Assembly: GCA_043818055.1 (NCBI GenBank)
Contig: JBDRGF010000042.1
Span: forward strand, 1 to 27,304
From: Pseudomonadota bacterium
GTDB lineage: Bacteria > UBA10199 > 2-02-FULL-44-16 > JBDRGF01
Direction: 5' to 3'
Length of the DNA: 27,304 nucleotides
Shown one piece after another: positions 25,321-27,304 of the stretch; position 1 is the first letter of the stretch; each line of letters opens with the position of its first letter. The translations under genes and the position numbers were made by a program. The notes under the pieces are model-generated. The model ran no database searches, had not been told where the DNA came from, and saw only the letters and a program-made list of their open reading frames with translations.

Positions 25321-25349
25321 GTAAGGGCGGGTTTGAAACCCGCCCCTAC
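25321..25349. repeat. GTAG-family REP palindrome
   Basis: GTAAGGGCGGGTTTGAAACCCGCCCCTAC; same subtype as 22660-22684. Lies between convergent genes. Confidence 0.85.
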
Positions 25350-25440
25350 AATAATTAAGATATACAAACGACTTCGGCAACAGGCTCCTTCGCAGGGATG
25401 ACACGAAGAACAAAAATACAATTTCCCCGCGCTTCACGCT

Positions 25441-27192
25441 TCACGGCTTTAAATGTTTTCCAATCCTCTCTGCAACGTGTTCCCAATCAAGCGCTTTGCT
25501 CAGCTCCTTTGAGAGTTTGAAGCGTTTCTTTCTATCTTTGTTGTCGTTTGGCAGGAGATCGAAAAGCCTCTTGGCGCTATTTTCACAGATCTGAGTTTCT
25601 ATGGAATCCCTCTCCTCTTTAGTCGCATTTATAAAATCATCTTTAGATTTGAACCTCTTTTTGAAGGATTTGGGAACATCTGCAAAATTTATCACAAGAT
25701 ATTCATCTTTGGGCATGGTCTTTTGTAATATAGAAGCGCAACCGCAAGCTGCGCTTAGAACAGGAATCCCACCATATGGCAGCGTCTCTAACTGCGCGAT
25801 GCCAAATGGCTCGTAAATCGACATCCCAAACTCGACATCGCTGGCGAGCCTCAAAGAGAGTATCGAGGCCTTTTTTGGCACCCTCTTTCCTGTCCTTGCA
25901 TGGTCGAAACCAAACTGGTTGATGAAGATTCCTTTGATAGCCTTGGACTTCGCGTTGAAAATCTCAAGGTAGCGGTAGATATCGACCTCCTGAGAGATGA
26001 GATCGGGCCAGCCCTCCTTATGAACTACCGGCCAACCATATTCGGACTCCATGTTTTCGATATCGGTAGCATTCCTGCCGTTGCCAACAAGGGTTGAGAG
26101 CAATACAAAAAAACCCTTCTTGTTTTTTCTTCTGAAGAATTCATCGAGATGGTACAGCAGGCGTATGTCGCGCCACAAGGCTTTGCTGACCACCAGCCTT
26201 GTCACATGTGTAAATACATGGTCGGGAACAAAGCCAAACAAATCCTTGCAGTATTCGCCGATTATTTTGATGCTCGATTTTTTATCCCTGAAAGAAACAT
26301 TCTCTCTTGGAATGCCGTTGAAGACAGTTTTGATCTTTTTCTTATCAGCATCCGGGCAGAGATAGAGGAATTCATCCTTCACTATATCGCTGACGGCAAA
26401 GACGAAATCGAGTTCTGACGCTAGTTTGACAAGCTCATTCCTTGAGTAATTCGAAAATGAACCGAACTCCTCCTCAAGGGAGATCCCTGATTTAGCATCC
26501 TTGTTCAATATGTTGTAAAAGGTAAAATCATGTCCCGGATGATTCTCAACCACAACGCGGGCTGTCGAAACTTCGTGGGCATAGAAGATCGTCTTGTCAT
26601 CCTTGCCTCTTCCTTCGATCTTATCGATTTGAAAAGCGAGTGCTGAGGGCATTCCCATATACTCATGGGAGAATAGAGCGGCCTTTTCGTTTTTGCCGTA
26701 TAGCGCTTCATAGATATCCCGAAGCACTACACCGATTCTCAGGTACTGCTCGTAATCATTATCGTTCTGATAGAGATTGGATTCTATTTTAAAGTGCTCC
26801 CACAATTGATATTTAAATCTGTTCACAACATCGGGATACATATCCCAAATATCTACGGCAACGATATCGACCGTCTCGTATTTCCGTTTGCTATTCTCCT
26901 TATAGAACCTCTTTTTCCCATAGACGATATGAACACCATACTTTTTCTCGATATTCGAAAAGGTCTCTCCCCACATCCCCTTATCAAACTGATCGAGAGA
27001 GGAATAGAGAACATCGGAATCCTTTCCCAGTTTGAGAGAGAGCCCTGTATCCCTGTTAAACAAAGGGCTGTAGAGTAGCGTCCTTGGAAAAATTGTTTTG
27101 TATTTCTTCGCAACTATAAGACCATGAAGGACACTACCTATCCCGCCGATCTTGTTAGTCGCTTCGTGTGAAACATGAATAGCTATTGTCAT
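25441..27192 (-). CDS. GT-B glycosyltransferase, GT3-like glycogen synthase
   Basis: N-terminal HEATNKIGGIGSV (KxGG motif, resembling GT3 WEVxNKVGGI), SHEYMG, FYAHE, AVSDIVKDE, VFNGI and SIYEPFGIAQLE. SD AGGGGG. Confidence 0.75.
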   Translation of the reverse strand: MTIAIHVSHEATNKIGGIGSVLHGLIVAKKYKTIFPRTLLYSPLFNRDTGLSLKLGKDSDVLYSSLDQFDKGMWGETFSNIEKKYGVHIVYGKKRFYKENSKRKYETVDIVAVDIWDMYPDVVNRFKYQLWEHFKIESNLYQNDNDYEQYLRIGVVLRDIYEALYGKNEKAALFSHEYMGMPSALAFQIDKIEGRGKDDKTIFYAHEVSTARVVVENHPGHDFTFYNILNKDAKSGISLEEEFGSFSNYSRNELVKLASELDFVFAVSDIVKDEFLYLCPDADKKKIKTVFNGIPRENVSFRDKKSSIKIIGEYCKDLFGFVPDHVFTHVTRLVVSKALWRDIRLLYHLDEFFRRKNKKGFFVLLSTLVGNGRNATDIENMESEYGWPVVHKEGWPDLISQEVDIYRYLEIFNAKSKAIKGIFINQFGFDHARTGKRVPKKASILSLRLASDVEFGMSIYEPFGIAQLETLPYGGIPVLSAACGCASILQKTMPKDEYLVINFADVPKSFKKRFKSKDDFINATKEERDSIETQICENSAKRLFDLLPNDNKDRKKRFKLSKELSKALDWEHVAERIGKHLKP

Positions 27193-27214
27193 TTTATCCC
27201 CCTGTATTGCTTTT

Positions 27215-27276
27215 GTAGGGGCGAACCCATGTGTTCGCCCGCATTCCTACGGGCAGACACATGGGTCTGCCCCTAC
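27215..27276. repeat. Inverted pair of GTAG-family REP hairpins (BIME-like doublet)
   Basis: GTAGGGGCGAACCCATGTGTTCGCCC (27215-27240), then GGGCAGACACATGGGTCTGCCCCTAC (27251-27276). Confidence 0.85.
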
Positions 27277-27304
27277 AAAAAAATAACACATTATCAAAGT
27301 ACCG

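Noticed and set aside
25387..25402. CCTTCGCAGGGATGAC, resembling the end of another palindromic repeat family
   Set aside because: A single short fragment with no partner arm or second copy in the window.

Overview
Bacterial window, probably from a Deltaproteobacteria/Myxococcota/Bdellovibrionota-like organism (inferred from the gene repertoire only). It has five blocks. (1) The 3' end of an IS256-family element (1-~537). (2) An AT-rich, co-directional island (~540-8773): MFS exporter, cobalamin-binding radical SAM enzyme with a probable C-terminal RiPP recognition element, an unannotated 18-aa peptide ORF (MEKVKEVKKGG-ATCGQDR, 3946-4002) with a strong RBS and a downstream hairpin, a class I methyltransferase, an orphan family-5 solute-binding protein, and a hybrid histidine kinase with two receiver domains. 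This is the most interesting part: a candidate new RiPP make/export/sense system. (3) A Ser/Thr signalling module: kinase-ATPase-TPR protein, a paralogous pseudokinase and a divergent PP2C phosphatase. (4) A MntA/HepT toxin-antitoxin pair, an rpoH-like sigma factor, and FmdB, TauE and DUF2934 genes. (5) A glycogen cluster (GH133, GT4, GH57, GT35 phosphorylase, GT3-like synthase). Six GTAG-type REP hairpins lie at four intergenic loci. All calls come from reading motifs by eye; no database searches were run.
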